A DNA stretch of 64,000 nucleotides from an uncultured delta proteobacterium (GTDB lineage Bacteria; Desulfobacterota; Desulfobacteria; Desulfobacterales; SG8-13): NCBI GenBank assembly GCA_963848135.1, contig CAWKCK010000001.1:186001-250000 (forward strand). The letters are read 5' to 3'. How positions within the stretch are numbered: position 1 is the stretch's first letter; each line of letters opens with the position of its first letter. Of this stretch, positions 51,752 to 61,872 are shown one piece after another. The translations under genes were made by a program, and so were the position numbers. The notes below the pieces were generated by a model. That model did not search any database. It saw only the letters and a list, made by a program, of their open reading frames with translations, and had not been told where the DNA came from.

Positions 51752-51936
51752 TGTGCCGCGGACCTTATGTTTTGTGGACGGAACTTATGTTTTGAGAATA
51801 TAGAAGGGATGGTAAGGACCAAAATATAGTGTCAATGGCGGTCTAATAAAATCAATAGGTTATAAAATACAGAAAAACAAAACAAAGTGTCACTCTGTAC
51901 AGGAATTGAATATGGGTGACACTTTGTTTTGTTTTT
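51752..51936 (+). mobile_element. Tn7-like transposon end, element interior to the right
   Basis: TGT terminus; CGGA(C/A)CTTATGTTTTG twice at a 20-bp period; IHF-consensus AATCAATAGGTTA at 51850-51862; 21-bp-arm palindrome at 51873-51936. Confidence 0.6.
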
Positions 51937-52055
51937 AAATTATATCAAATTGGCCGTTCTAAGTAGCGGCAAATCGTGTGATTTTATTTTCATACAAGAG
52001 GTTTTTGCAACCTCGGTTATTTTCAGATTAATTTACCATATCACAACTATTAATC

Positions 52056-52095
52056 AAAAAAGGCCACACAGAACATATTGTGTTTGGCCTTTTTT
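52056..52095 (-). terminator. Intrinsic terminator downstream of cbiK
   Basis: AAAAAAGGCCA.ACA...TGT.TGGCCTTTTTT. Confidence 0.75.
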
Positions 52096-52118
52096 ACAGA
52101 CGAAAATCAACCAGTTTT

Positions 52119-53117
52119 TTATTTAAGGTCTATACCAGCTTCTTTAGCAGCATCAACAGCATGATTGACAAAAATATTTGCGAAGTTATCGTTTTCACCA
52201 AGTCCTTCAGCAACAATGACAACTTCAAAGCCATTTTTCGAAAGAATAGATTTCCAAGAATCCTCTTCATCACCGGCCATGTCATTCATCGTATGATCAC
52301 CTGCTACCACCATAAAAGGTTTAAGAATTACCTTTCTCACGCCGTATAGTTTTAATGTCTCTATTACGTCCTCAATACCAGGAAAACCTTCTACATTGCC
52401 GATAGTTGTCACAACATTAGGATACATTTTTCGCATCTTAGCAGCAAACTCAAGGTAAGCCCCTCCGTTGCCTGGGAAATATTCGTTCCCATGTCCCATG
52501 TAGACAATACCTGCATTTTCATTCCTCGCCAGTTCAGCATCAGGAGCCATTGTTTTGGCAAGTGTGACAATATCTTCAAAGTATGGAAATTGGGTGCCAT
52601 ACGTACCCATTGCGGGTCTACCAAGGGCTATTTTTTGAAATGGTTTATACTTAGGCTTTTTAAAGGTTCCCATGTCCAATAGTGCTTTAACATATGTGTG
52701 AAGATCAAGAAATTCTTCCCCCATCGAAACATGGGTCGGCTGAATAACAATATTATTATAACCAGCGTTCTGCAAATCTGCTATGGTAGCCAATGGTGTT
52801 TTAACATGGAGGATGTCTTCGGGAATTTCTGGATGGGCTTTTATATACTCAGGATCTTCAGCCCGGTGTTGCCATTTATTACGAATTATATTTGAGGTGA
52901 AAGCTATGCGGACCTCTGTACTCGTAAAATTCTGTTCAATTTTGGTTCGAATATTGATCAGACTCTTTAAAGCAGGTTCTACTGTTGTACCAAACATAGC
53001 GAGAACAACCGCACTTTTGTGTTCAACTTTATAATCTCCACTTGCGTAACTATTTGTTACAAGACAAGTAAATGTTACCCAAACCGCAGCCGTAAAAATA
53101 AATGCCTTCAACTTCAT
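52119..53117 (-). CDS. cbiK: Sirohydrochlorin cobaltochelatase, periplasmic CbiK type
   Basis: Signal peptide; VLAMFGTT, AFTSNII, QPTH..GEE, MGHG, VEGFP, PFMVVAGDH. Confidence 0.9.
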   Translation of the reverse strand: MKLKAFIFTAAVWVTFTCLVTNSYASGDYKVEHKSAVVLAMFGTTVEPALKSLINIRTKIEQNFTSTEVRIAFTSNIIRNKWQHRAEDPEYIKAHPEIPEDILHVKTPLATIADLQNAGYNNIVIQPTHVSMGEEFLDLHTYVKALLDMGTFKKPKYKPFQKIALGRPAMGTYGTQFPYFEDIVTLAKTMAPDAELARNENAGIVYMGHGNEYFPGNGGAYLEFAAKMRKMYPNVVTTIGNVEGFPGIEDVIETLKLYGVRKVILKPFMVVAGDHTMNDMAGDEEDSWKSILSKNGFEVVIVAEGLGENDNFANIFVNHAVDAAKEAGIDLK

Positions 53118-53149
53118 TGCCACCCCCATAGTTTTTACGGTCTGGAAAA

Positions 53150-53188
53150 TAAAAATCCCAGACCAATAAAGTGATTGATCTGGGATTT
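53150..53188 (-). terminator. Riboswitch expression-platform terminator
   Basis: Minus strand AAATCCCAGATCAAT..ATTGGTCTGGGATTTTTATTTT, between the aptamer and the cbiK start. Confidence 0.7.
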
Positions 53189-53253
53189 CCCTTTTTACCC
53201 CCAGAATTGTATGGATAACTCGCTTCTTTTCCGGAAGATCACGAACAGATTCG

Positions 53254-53412
53254 CAGGCAGGTCTTCTGACTCACGGATCACTCTACATCCACACCTTCCC
53301 GTCCTGCTCAGGACAGTGGTAATATTGTGGATTTCGTCCCCGATTACAGCGGCGGGCCCATCCCTGAATTTCACAGGGTTCCCTATTAAGCCTTCATAAG
53401 GCACCTGGACCG
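53254..53412 (-). ncRNA. Cobalamin riboswitch
   Basis: Minus strand AGGTGCC..TTAATAGGGAA.CC.GTGAAATTC.GG..GCCCGCCGCTGTAA..CCACTG..GGGAAGG..AGTCAGAAGACCTGCC (B12 box), upstream of cbiK. Confidence 0.95.
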
Positions 53413-54068
53413 AGATTTTTTCTATATAAAGCCATCAAGAAAGTCAACATCAAATGAACGACGGAATGAGATCGATGTTTATGTGTAAATTTGCACTTAA
53501 TTACCAAGTACCTTAGCATTTTACTTTCTAAGGATTTAGACGAGTAATCGAAGTTATCATGAAATATTAGGTAAGAGCCGCCTCAATATATTGTGGGAGG
53601 CCAAAAGATCTTTTTAATGCAGAATAACATACCGGTATCTGCACAATCGCAAGAGTTCAGATAAGTAACTAATATAACACGAAAACGGTGGTATTGGTAA
53701 TTGCACTTCTTGCCAAAAACTTAACAGTAATAACGACAAATATTAAGTTACGATCTGACTATACTATGAAAAATGGCCAGATGATAGGTGCGAGCCCATA
53801 GCAGTTATCGTGCATCCGGATTTTTAGGTTGAATCTAAGATTTCCACACTCTTGAGGCGGAACAATAATGTAACAACTTCGGAGTGAACACGAATAGGTG
53901 TTTGGCGATGCACCTAATTATAACCTTTTTGGTATTGACGGAAGCTTTTTCATTCGTAATCTCAAACCGCTCCATTCTCAGCATCGGAAAATGAGATTGA
54001 GGAATAATAATTAGATTCCTCGCTTTTTATAAACGACCATAAAAAACATAAATGTAATTATGGATACC

Positions 54069-54368
54069 TCAACTCCTACAAGGTTTGACCTCTAATGTTA
54101 ATCCTTTTACGTTTTGAATAACCACTCTATCACCAGGCAATAAGGGGACTTCACTGACTGCCTTCCATAGTTCCCCGTTCACGAAAACCTTTCCTTCATT
54201 TTTCTTCCATTCTTTGACCTCACCCACCTTACCCAACATGCCCGACACCCCGCAAACAGATTTTCTCTTCTTTCCCGTGATAACCCAGAACAGTGGAAAA
54301 ACCACGTGCTCAATCAACTCAATGAGTAAAAATCCTATAACCAGAGTCAATATTATGGTTTCTATCAT
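54069..54368 (-). CDS. NfeD C-terminal (OB-fold) membrane protein
   Basis: GKVFVNGELWKAVS..GDRVVI..VKGLTLEV. Confidence 0.85.
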   Translation of the reverse strand: MIETIILTLVIGFLLIELIEHVVFPLFWVITGKKRKSVCGVSGMLGKVGEVKEWKKNEGKVFVNGELWKAVSEVPLLPGDRVVIQNVKGLTLEVKPCRS

Positions 54369-54395
54369 CCATTGATTCCGTTTTTACATTATGGA

Positions 54396-54871
54396 TCAAG
54401 CATTAAACGTACCAAGCCAATCGCCTACCCAATGTGTAATTCCTATCACTACGATTGCGATCATGAGATGTTCCCCAACAATTTTCCAAGGCGGTTCATT
54501 CTGCGATTTTGCGATAATGTAGCTCAGTAGCGAAAGAGTTTACAAAGCCCATACTAAACTTATCACAATGGCAGTGGGTAGAGTGAATAAAATCACCGGC
54601 ACAACAAAGGTCATTGCAAATAGAAACTTCGCCAAAAAGGTCGAAATAGTGGCTGCCCATATTTGCTTGATTTTATGCTTGTTTTCAGCTTCCTCTGAAA
54701 CGTGGATACCCAAGGCATCGGAAAAAGCATCGGCAATGGAGATCGTCAGAATTCCGGCAAGGACCACAATCCTGGAATGCGTTCTTGAGTGAAGACCTAC
54801 CATGAGACCGAGGGTCGTGATAACCGCTGATGTCATCCCGAAAGAAAAGCCTTGCGTAAAGAATCTTTCAT
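54396..54871 (-). pseudogene. VIT1/CCC1-like transporter pseudogene
   Basis: FSFGMTSAVITTLG, IADAFSDALG; a frameshift near the start and an in-frame TAA at 54540-54542, after which the frame continues (PWKIVGEHL). Confidence 0.7.
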
Positions 54872-54961
54872 CTGTTTGTCCTCTACATAGTGATCATTGT
54901 CTTTTGCCAGTAGCAAGGGTAGACTCGCGTATGGATGAAAGCAATGGTCATGCGAAAATCA

Positions 54962-55543
54962 TCACTCGGGTATTTTAACATCATCATCATCATAAATCCC
55001 TTTCTCGGCGGTTGTGTGACATGCGGCACAGTTCCCCAACGAGCCGATGGATTTACGATTATAAATCTCAGGATTCAGTTCATGATGCTTTTCACGGATA
55101 TATGGTATTTCAGAAATACGCATGGGAACTTGGTTTCCCAAACTTCTCATGATTTTCACTGATCGTTTAGCTGAAGATTTTTCAGCACCATTCGTTACCA
55201 GATAGTCTGAAATGTTTTTTAGTGTTTCCGAATCGATATCTAACCCCTCTCCAAAGTGATCGTCGAGTTGATCCAAAATTTTCAACCATGAAGCGGATGG
55301 TAATAAATCAGGCTGGTATGCGAAATGGCACTCACCGCATGTTTCCTTATATGCCGGATTGGACACCGGTTTAAGATGGCCGCGGTAATCATCGTCGTTG
55401 CTATCATCATCAATTTTTTGAGATCCCCCTCGATACCGGTATCTTTTTTTATAATGGTCATCATCAGAATATACTTCGAAAATTAAACTGAATGTCAAAA
55501 ATAACGTAAATCCAAATATGACGTATTTAGTAGTAATTTTCAT
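54962..55543 (-). CDS. Diheme cytochrome c (DHC family)
   Basis: CGECHFAY.P.LLP..SW, DHFG, P.RISE, CAACH. Confidence 0.9.
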   Translation of the reverse strand: MKITTKYVIFGFTLFLTFSLIFEVYSDDDHYKKRYRYRGGSQKIDDDSNDDDYRGHLKPVSNPAYKETCGECHFAYQPDLLPSASWLKILDQLDDHFGEGLDIDSETLKNISDYLVTNGAEKSSAKRSVKIMRSLGNQVPMRISEIPYIREKHHELNPEIYNRKSIGSLGNCAACHTTAEKGIYDDDDVKIPE

Positions 55544-55596
55544 TTTATCTCCATTCAATCAAATTTAAGTTGATATGAATCGTAACAATCGCATAT

Positions 55597-56523
55597 TTAA
55601 CCTCTGAAGCGGGTCAATTTTCCGACAAATACCCTGGTGGACCTATGTAACACTTTTAAACACAAGACCAGTAATTTCAGAATCAATATCACCAAGGTTT
55701 TACAAACGATAAAAATGGTTTTTAATTTGTCTTTTGTAAAAATCTTTTTTAAAAGTATTGGTTCATATTTTATTCCATTTTGATACGTTTTGTGGCTAAC
55801 AGCATCGTATTTAGTACCCTTTTCCTTATTTAGATTTTTATCCTGTCGTAGACCTCGGTATATAACCCCTGTGTTGGAATAATAAATCGCGTAACTCGTG
55901 CAGAAATACTTTGTTCTGTCCCAATCCGGCAATTGATTTAGTTTTTTCAGGAATTCTCTCTTCTTAAATCCGGATTGCTTGGGTGTGCCGTGTTCAAGGA
56001 ACAAGATGCTACCATTTATACAACATCTTCCTTCCTTTAAACTGTTCAACCCGCCGTAAGACTTCCACAAAAGTTGGCCGTTTTTTCTTTCTATTATTTC
56101 ATACCGGTATAGTTTATATGAAAGATCTCCGCTTTTATCTTCCTTAATCGATTTATACTCGTTCTTAGTAACCCCCTTTAAAGTTGACTCATTTTTTTTG
56201 AGAATCGTTTCATTTTGCAACCGGCCGTGCGTCCCTTCAAAACGGGACTTGGTCTTGCCGGATTTACTTTCATAAATCTTGAAGCTTGTGCAATAGAATT
56301 TAGTTTTTTCCCATCTTGGTAATTTTTTGAGATGATCCAGAAACTCTCCCTTTAAAAATCCCGGTCCCGTGTCATCGCTTGGCTTTATGAACAGAATATC
56401 TTTATTTATAAAACATTTTCCGGTTTTCAAAGTGCCTAAACCAAAATGGCTCTCCCACCACAAATCGCCATCTTTGTGCTCGATAATTTTATATTCAGAT
56501 AATTTATACGCGATTGTTTGCAT
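55597..56523 (-). CDS. Hypothetical protein with two copies of a ~85-aa domain and a C-terminal hydrophobic helix
   Basis: YKL..Y.IIE.K.G.L.W.S..GL..LK.G.C.IN..ILF..GF.K.EFL..L..LP.W..TK..CTS occurs twice. Confidence 0.7.
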   Translation of the reverse strand: MQTIAYKLSEYKIIEHKDGDLWWESHFGLGTLKTGKCFINKDILFIKPSDDTGPGFLKGEFLDHLKKLPRWEKTKFYCTSFKIYESKSGKTKSRFEGTHGRLQNETILKKNESTLKGVTKNEYKSIKEDKSGDLSYKLYRYEIIERKNGQLLWKSYGGLNSLKEGRCCINGSILFLEHGTPKQSGFKKREFLKKLNQLPDWDRTKYFCTSYAIYYSNTGVIYRGLRQDKNLNKEKGTKYDAVSHKTYQNGIKYEPILLKKIFTKDKLKTIFIVCKTLVILILKLLVLCLKVLHRSTRVFVGKLTRFRG

Positions 56524-56637
56524 TATTTGCCTGTTACTTCTTTAATAATTGGTCCCAAATCATTAACTGGAAACCAGATGTTTTAAAAATAGAGACTGAT
56601 CAGGCTAGAGAATGTGCAGATCTTATCGAGAAAGGGA

Positions 56638-57096
56638 TTATATAAGAAGAGAGAGATTTTGCAGATACGTTGGCAGAAATCGAGTCTTTAACGGTTTATC
56701 ATGATGATGAAAAACAATCTTTATTAAATCGATGTTGGACTGGTAATCCGATAAATTAAATAATATTGATGCTGTGACAGGCATTCCTGTTTTAACTGTC
56801 GAATGGGTAGCGTTTGACGCCTTAAAGGTTTGTATGTCCTCCAAATTACAACTTTTGCATTGAGATCCTAAACAGCGAGTATGAAATAGAAAAATTATAC
56901 TTGACCTTGATTTACCTTGAAGGCCATGCAGACATGCCTTTCCACAAAAACATGCTTGCGGCAACAGGCTGTTTGCAAAGAAACCTATGATGAGAAAATG
57001 AACAAAAAATAAACTGAATATTTTTAAATTTCTCAATAAATTATTTTCCTTGTTATAGCCCGTCAAGAATTCCAGCGGGCTACCGCAGTTATTCAT
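56638..57096 (-). CDS. Hypothetical small Cys-containing exported/membrane protein
   Basis: Hydrophobic N-region, CFCGKAC and CKSC motifs. Confidence 0.45.
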   Translation of the reverse strand: MNNCGSPLEFLTGYNKENNLLRNLKIFSLFFVHFLIIGFFANSLLPQACFCGKACLHGLQGKSRSSIIFLFHTRCLGSQCKSCNLEDIQTFKASNATHSTVKTGMPVTASILFNLSDYQSNIDLIKIVFHHHDKPLKTRFLPTYLQNLSLLI

Positions 57097-57431
57097 TTTT
57101 TATAACACATCTTCAAAATGATATTCAAGACACTTTGGAAATTTGCAGAAACCCCACTGCCGTGAAGCCTTTGATTTGAGAATATTTCACATTATTTTTG
57201 CATACCAATTCAATAGATTTCTTGCCAATACCTGGAACGGCGGAGGTACCAAGGCACCACCCACATATTGTGGTCCGGTTAAATGCCGCTCGGGTAATGA
57301 TTACATACAATAACCACAAGTTTTACATGGCTTGCGTTTGGTATCGGATTTTCATCGATTCGCTCGCAAAAACACCCCACCCTTAAAAACAGCCAACACC
57401 CCTTTTGATCGATTCTGCAGGCAAGCAAGAT

Positions 57432-58735
57432 TTAAAGCTCAAAAGTGGAACCATCATCAAGCTGCACCACGTTATCAAAAAAGGTGTCAAACTTATCTGC
57501 AGACAGGGTATGCACGGGGATCAGTAAATCGGGCTTTAAAGCGCTGGCCAATTTTTTCAGGGCATTACGGTATGCGTGGCCGCTCACGTGAACCTTCTTT
57601 AACCGTAATTGGTATTTGTCGCAAAAGCCGGTGTAATAGTCATCTTTTTCAAGATACCCGGCCCACATGGAATAGATAAAGCTGGCATCGGCTAACGGCG
57701 TTTGTTTTTTCAGCTGGCCTGCGATGCGGTCCATGGCCGATACGGGCAGTTTTAAGACCATGTTTTTGCGGTTGGCAGCGATTTCATCGATGCCGATTTT
57801 TCTTGGTGCAAACTGATACAGTACTTTTTTCCCAGATGATCAACGATATCCTGGGCGTGCTTACCAATATAAAAAATACGCAGATGATCATCGGGATGCG
57901 GGGGTAGGGCCGGGGTGATTTGCTTCAGTGTGGTCAGCACATAAAAAGTGTAAAGATCCAGCACCAGGGTTTTATTTGAACGCGCTGTCGCCTTGTACAG
58001 TGACACCAGCCGATCGATGTTGCTCCCGGCGGCCATAACAAAAGACACATCGCTCTGGCTGGAAAAAATTCGGCTAAGCGCATCTTCAACGTCCTGTTCG
58101 TTTTCAAAGCCATCTTTGTGGCCGCCGCCAAGGGTGGTGCCTTCCATTAGCAGGCAGTTTACCCCGGCAATCGGATTGTCTGCTAAATGATCAAGGACCT
58201 TCTCCTTTCGCCCGTGCCCCCTGAAATCGCCACTGTAAAAGATTCTCTTGCCCTGTGTCTCCACCAAAAAGGCTGATGCATCATATCCGGAGTGATCCAT
58301 CAAATAGGAAGTTACTTTGAATGGGCCGACTTGAACAGGCCGCCAGTGTTTAAACAGGCTGATATTGTCACAATGGATTTTATTCTGCTCAGGATAAAAG
58401 ATTGTGCCGATATCAATCAGGGCCTGTGAACCTTTGCTCATATAAACCGGTATTGATGGATGGACCAAATTTAACAGGCCGTAGTGATCGATATGAGCAT
58501 GAGATACAAACAGGGCATCGACTTCCGGTTGCTGCTCCTTATACAATCCGGCTACATTGGGAAGGATGCCGTTTTCAATGCTTGGTGCTACCAGCTTTTG
58601 TTCGTTGATGGCAGTACCGCCTTTTTCCATTAGCGGTGTGCCGATATCAAAGATGATCCGGTGACCATCTGAGTTGATCTCGATACAGCTGCCGCCGATG
58701 GTGTGGGCCCCTCTATGGAGAATGATACTTGGCAT
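57432..58735 (-). CDS. MBL-fold/beta-CASP (RNase J-like) nuclease, split by a -1 shift at A_AAA_AAG
   Basis: IGGSCIE, SHAHIDH, DHS, YSGDFR, MEGT, SNIDR; the second frame has YSMW.GY, HVSGH and IPVH. The frames join at 57824-57830. Confidence 0.8.
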
Positions 58736-58940
58736 TAAATGATATGTTTTACCTCAAATTTTCGCTGTGAACCCCATGGGTCTTTCTCGAATTCGACAAA
58801 ATAAATTTCTGCATTGATTATGTACTTTTTAATTTCTCGGATATAATCTCTGAACAACTTAGCCCTATCATCATCACCGATTTCATTAATGATAACGTAG
58901 ATAATCGGATTATCCCAATCAAGATCATAAAGCTCTTGCA

Positions 58941-60337
58941 GGAGTTATAATTAAAAGTTGTGTTTAGAAGAAAAGGCGGTGTATCCACCGGAAGATTGTT
59001 CGCGGCAGTCAACCGGCCACATTAAAAATGGAAAGGATACACCACCCATGAGCCAGAGATAATGTAATTGATTTAAAAAAGCCAGAGCCGTTTATTGATG
59101 ATCCGATCACAGAAATCATTCGTCAGGGAGCACGTGAAATTGTTAGCCCAGGCACTTGGAGACCGAGATCGAGCTTATTATCAGCCAGTATACCGATTTA
59201 AAAGACGAGATCGGCAGACAACGCATCGTCAGAAACGGTTACCTGCCAAAGCGCGAGATCCAGTCCGGAGTCGGTCCGATTGCGGTTAAAGCACCGCGCA
59301 TTCGGGACCGTCATACAAATCCATCGGAAAGGATTCATTTCAGGTCCTCGATTCTGCCGCCGTATCTTCGCAAAACCAAAAGCATCGAGAACGCTTGATT
59401 CCCTGGCTGTATCTTAAAGGGTATTTCCACCGGTGATTTTACCAGATGCCCTGGCCGCTCTGGTTGGCAAAGATGCCCCTGGCCTGTCACCATCAACCAT
59501 CAGCCGCTTAAAGGCCAGCTGGCAGCAGGATCTGGATCAGTGGCAAAAGCGCGATCTGAGCGGTAAACAGTACGTATATTTCTGGGTCGATGGCATTTAC
59601 TGCAATGTGCGCATGGATGACAAACAGTGCCTGCTGGTCATCATTGGAGCCACCGAAGATGGTCACAAGGAATTGGTGGCCATCGAGGGCGGCTTCCGGG
59701 AAAGCGAATTATCCTGGACCCAGTTGTTGCTGGACCTGAAAGCTCGTGGTCTTGATCAAGGCCCTCAGCTGGCTATAGGAGACGGCGGGCTTGGATTTTG
59801 GAAAGCACTCAGCCAGGTATATGCCGACACCCGTTGGCAGCGTTGCTGGGTTCACAAGACGGCTAATGTGCTCAATAAACTGCCTAAAAGCCTGCAGGCA
59901 AAGGCGAAAGACAAGCTGCATCAGATTTGGATGGCCCCGGAAAAGGATGAGGCCCAACGTCACTTCGATGAATTTGTTCGACTCTACGAGGCCAAATATC
60001 CGAAGGCGGCAGAGTGTCTCCAGAAGGATCACGACGTGCTGCTGACCTTTTACGATTTTCCGGCTGAGCACTGGCGACACATTCGCACGACCAATCCGAT
60101 TGAATCAACCTTTGCGACGGTAAGGTTGCGAACCAATAAAGTGCGCGGCTGTTTTTCAGCCCAGACCGTGATCACGATGGCCTTCAAACTCTGTCAGTGT
60201 GCACAGAAACGGTGGATTCGATTACATCACCCTCAGCGCTTGGCAGAAGTAATTCGAGGAGTAAAATTCGTCAATGGTGTTGAAGAAAAAAGGATCGCCG
60301 CCTAATTTCTCCATACACAACTATTGACTATATCTCC
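58941..60337 (+). mobile_element. IS256-family insertion sequence
   Basis: IRL GGAGTTATAATTAAAAGTTGTGT; IRR reverse complement GGAGATATAGTCAATAGTTGTGT. No target duplication. Confidence 0.85.
59048..60305 (+). pseudogene. IS256 transposase with several frameshifts in the 5' third
   Basis: RNGYLP, PRIRDR, WVDG, AIGDG, QRCWVH and RTTNPIES are spread over different frames. Confidence 0.85.
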
Positions 60338-60445
60338 AAGATTTCTTGATAATCATCTAAAAGGCACCTCCCGTTCGCAAATGACACAGCGATTCGTTAT
60401 AAAGGGTTAACCGCAACCATAACCCTATAACGTAGGAGGTGCCCT

Positions 60446-61465
60446 ATGGAACTGTATGCCGGTCTGGATCTTCATTCAAGAAATACCTACATCGGAATCA
60501 TGGACGATGCATTGAATCGTGTTTTCAAAAAGCGTGTGGCCAATGACCTTGACCAGATTCTTCACACGTTAGAACCCTTCAAAAAACGATTAAAGGGATT
60601 CGTTGTAGAGTCCACCTACAACTGGTACTGGCTCGTAGATGGCCTCATGGATGCGGGATATGGCTCTGCACACTTGGCCAACCCGTCGGCAATCAAACAA
60701 TACGAAGGGCTAAAGTACAGTGACGATCAGCATGACGCCTTTTTTCTGGCCCAACTTCTCATACTCGGTATTTTGCCCGAAGGCTACATTTACCCAAAGC
60801 AACATCGCCCGGTACGGGACCTGGCACGCAAACGGATGTTTTTAGTCCGGCACAAGACCGCGAACATCTTGAGCCTGCAATCGCTCATTCAAAGATGCTG
60901 TGCAGTAAAAATAAGCACCAGTGACATCCGAAAGATGAACGTCGAAGCATTGGAAAGGTGGCTAAAAGAAGAGTACCTGATTTTCTCTGCTCAAACCAGT
61001 TTGGATACAATAAATTTTCTCAAGCAGAAGATCAAAAGTATAGAGAAAGCAGTAATAGAAAGAGTAAAACTCAAAAAAGGGTTCAGGCAATTGCTGACAA
61101 TACCCGGTATCGGTAACATTCTGGCTATGACTATCATGCTGGAAGTGGGTGACATCAATCGTTTTCCAAAGGTCGGCAATTTTGCTTCCTACTGTCGGTG
61201 CGTGCCATCCAAGCGGTTGTCCGACGGAAAAAGCAAGGGGTGTGGCAATCGTAAAAACGGCAATCGCTACCTGAGCTGGGCCCTCACTGAAGCCGCTCAA
61301 TTGGGCCGTCGGTATAATGAACAGTTTAGACGATACTATAACCGCAAGGTTGCTCAGGCCAATACAAGTCTGGCGACCAAAGCGCTGGGCAACAAACTGG
61401 CCCGCATCTGCTACTATATCATGAGAGATCAGGTTCCCTTTCGTGAGGAGCTTCTTGCGCAATAG
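60446..61465 (+). CDS. IS110 family DEDD transposase/recombinase
   Basis: Protein identical to 32023-33042. Confidence 0.95.
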   Translation: MELYAGLDLHSRNTYIGIMDDALNRVFKKRVANDLDQILHTLEPFKKRLKGFVVESTYNWYWLVDGLMDAGYGSAHLANPSAIKQYEGLKYSDDQHDAFFLAQLLILGILPEGYIYPKQHRPVRDLARKRMFLVRHKTANILSLQSLIQRCCAVKISTSDIRKMNVEALERWLKEEYLIFSAQTSLDTINFLKQKIKSIEKAVIERVKLKKGFRQLLTIPGIGNILAMTIMLEVGDINRFPKVGNFASYCRCVPSKRLSDGKSKGCGNRKNGNRYLSWALTEAAQLGRRYNEQFRRYYNRKVAQANTSLATKALGNKLARICYYIMRDQVPFREELLAQ

Positions 61466-61872
61466 TTTGGGACTGCAGCGGTGATCCTTTGCTATTGGTG
61501 GTTAAAATCCCTATTGCTTGGTTGGCCACCGCTGCACTCCCTACAAAATAGATTCAGGCGGGTGTCCGCTTTTTCGATCTGCCCTTGTCATAAGCTCGCA
61601 ATGGCTGGCCCGAAAGGAGCCCTATCTCTTGTGACAACCCAATTGGCTTTGACAAGGTACCGATCTTTTTCTGGGGTCCGATTACGGACCAGGGGCTTTA
61701 GATATTCTCTCTTTGGCCTTGATCCTGATGGGTGCCTGTTAGCAGATTAAGTGACGCTGCACAGCAAACAAAAAGAAATTTCGGGAGCAGGTAAAAAAAT
61801 AGGACGAACGCCGTACTGAATTATAGTCCTGCAAAAAAATGTACCCCTTTTGCGATGGCGAGGTGTTTTTTG
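61466..61872 (+). ncRNA. Candidate bridge/seek RNA region in the 3' non-coding end of the IS1111-type element (also 31616-32022, minus strand)
   Basis: Long 3' non-coding region as in IS1111-group elements, containing short matches to the reconstructed target and donor (see findings). Confidence 0.55.

Noticed and set aside
59048..59450. Multiple frameshifts in the IS256 transposase as programmed recoding
   Set aside because: Several scattered single-base insertions without slippery motifs; decay or assembly error.
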